Assembly: GCA_016718825.1 (NCBI GenBank)
Contig: JADKCL010000001.1
Span: forward strand, 152,574 to 216,573
Origin: Bacteroidota bacterium
GTDB taxonomy: Bacteria; Bacteroidota; Bacteroidia; J057; JADKCL01
DNA length: 64,000 nt
Direction: 5' to 3'
Shown here: one piece after another, positions 62,738-64,000 of the stretch
Layout: each line of letters begins with the position of its first letter
How positions within the stretch are numbered: position 1 is the first letter of the stretch
Notes under the pieces: model-generated
Databases searched by the model: none
What the model saw: only the letters and a program-made list of their open reading frames with translations
Told to the model about the DNA's origin: nothing
Position numbers and translations under genes: made by a program

Positions 62738-63316
62738 TTGAAAGACGATGAATTGATCAAGCGCTGCCGAAAAGGTGACCGACAGGCCCAGAAGGCCTTG
62801 TACGAGCACTTTCAGGCGCAAATGTTCCGCTTGTGCTACCGCTACGTGCGGGAGCAGCAGGAGGCCGAAGACATCCTTTGCAAGGGATTTCACAAGGTCT
62901 TTCTGGCCATCAACACATTCGAAGACCGCGGGGAAAACAGTCTGCAGAAATGGATTACCCGCATCATGGTCAACGAAGCTTTGATGTTCTTGCGCAAACA
63001 CAAACTCGAACTCGTCAGCGACGATGCTGCACAGTCCATCCCGGCCGGGACCCGTACCGATAGCGCAATCGAAGCGGAGGATTTGTACAACTTGGTCAGG
63101 GCATTGCCGCTCGGCTACCGCACCGTTTTCAATCTTTTTGCCATCGAAGGCTACAGCCATCTGGAGATCGCCGCACAATTGGGCATCACCGAAGGCACCA
63201 GTAAATCTCAGCTGAGCAAGGCACGCGCCATGCTGCAGGAAATGATTCACTCCAACGAAAAACACAATGCAAAAGAATATAGACCAGCAGTTTCAGGAAG
63301 CCCTCGGAAAGCTTGA
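62738..63316 (+). CDS. ECF-type RNA polymerase sigma-70 factor
   Basis: 192 aa with a TTG start. Region 2 is [20 protein letters not shown]...MFRLCYRYV, and region 4 is [43 protein letters not shown]. Confidence 0.85.
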   Translation: [192 protein letters not shown]

Positions 63317-64000
63317 GGGTGATCCACAGGGTGTTGTACGCAACCCGGAGGCCAATTGGACCACAATCGAAGGAATGCTTGACGGCGAAAAGCGCAAGCG
63401 CAGAGGGGCTTGGATTTGGATGGCCACCGCCGCGAGCGTTGCCCTCATGATCACCTTGGGCTACTTTTTGATGCCGGAGCGTGCGCCACAGCAGGGTACG
63501 TCCCTATCATCAAATAGAATCCCGGAAGACAGCGGCAATTCGGCCGAGGCCACAGTCGTTGAAAAATCCAATGCGGATTCTACGATTCAATTCGCTCAAA
63601 ATGAACAACAATCCAGAACCGAGGCAGACCAAAGGATGCCCAACAATCAGCTTGCCTTTGGGAAAAGCGCCCAAGACAAGCGGAAAGTGGTGCGTGGCGG
63701 CGATTGGAAAACCACGAATAGCCTTTTGAAAACCCAAAACCAGTCTTTTTCATTGAATCATGGAAACCGCATCGGCTCGGGATCCAATGATGGGGTTACC
63801 CAACCATTGGCCCCATTGGTCTCGCAGCTGGATATGTCCACCAACCTAACCTTCTATTCTAGTCCATCATTCACCCAAGTTGCACCGAATTTTGCCCCAG
63901 CATTTCATTGGGACTTGGGGAGCTTAGTCGTCGTCAATGGGACTGCTACAGCCCCCATGACGGGCACCTATACCGTCACAACGACAGATGCAGCGTCCGT
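63267..64000 (+). CDS. putative anti-sigma factor or membrane protein, 3'-truncated by the window edge
   Basis: Manual translation from the ATG at 63267 gives MQKNIDQQFQEALGKLEGDP...KRKRRGAWIWMATAASVALMITLGYFLMP... (one TM helix). The frame is open to base 64000, overlaps the sigma gene's 3' end by 50 nt, and is absent from the ORF track because no stop falls in the window. Confidence 0.5.
   Translation, partial: MQKNIDQQFQEALGKLEGDPQGVVRNPEANWTTIEGMLDGEKRKRRGAWIWMATAASVALMITLGYFLMPERAPQQGTSLSSNRIPEDSGNSAEATVVEKSNADSTIQFAQNEQQSRTEADQRMPNNQLAFGKSAQDKRKVVRGGDWKTTNSLLKTQNQSFSLNHGNRIGSGSNDGVTQPLAPLVSQLDMSTNLTFYSSPSFTQVAPNFAPAFHWDLGSLVVVNGTATAPMTGTYTVTTTDAAS

Overview
This is a 64-kb chromosomal window from a Bacteroidota genome. 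The phylum call rests on gliding and type IX secretion (T9SS) genes, type A and type B C-terminal sorting domains (CTDs), and TAnnTTTG-type promoter boxes. A Saprospiria-like origin is only a guess. I recognise about 50 protein genes and no rRNA, tRNA, CRISPR array, transposase or integrase. All calls come from reading the translations and recalling motifs, with no searches run.

Housekeeping genes are interleaved with an unusually dense set of T9SS and gliding components.
- Housekeeping: murF, sdaAB, glyQS, psd, mce, ettA, add, rnc-fabF-acpP, pyk, fbaA.
- T9SS and gliding: gldH, a gldJ-like lipoprotein, two PorP/SprF genes, a PorV/PorQ-family barrel, two giant C25 PorU-like peptidases, and at least three further CTD-bearing cargo proteins.

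Most interesting items:
1. 35.8-37.4 kb, minus strand: a DUF692 multinuclear non-heme iron oxidase (MNIO) RiPP locus. Two tandem precursor peptides carry lipoprotein-type signal peptides and end in CPACGMG and CPACGRG. One is a 55-aa sORF absent from the ORF track. The enzyme has an extra C-terminal tail and no separate partner gene.
2. 11.7-22.8 kb: a PorV/PorQ-like barrel followed by two tandem paralogous 1631-aa and 1655-aa gingipain-type peptidases, a candidate second T9SS sorting module.
3. Two orphan effector-like proteins (27.2 kb and 38.3 kb). They share an N-terminal GKSxxPPxF(S/Q)L leader and a Cys...His papain-like signature, and each sits beside a small secreted protein that could be an immunity factor.

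The DNA itself also shows several unusual structures:
- a decayed psd 3' fragment that duplicates the end of the intact psd;
- a perfect 42-nt palindrome;
- a triple REP-like hairpin array;
- heptamer repeat arrays, including a 314-bp element bounded by mirrored arrays that supply the stop codons of both flanking genes;
- a 5 x 51-nt coding repeat whose copies differ only at synonymous sites.
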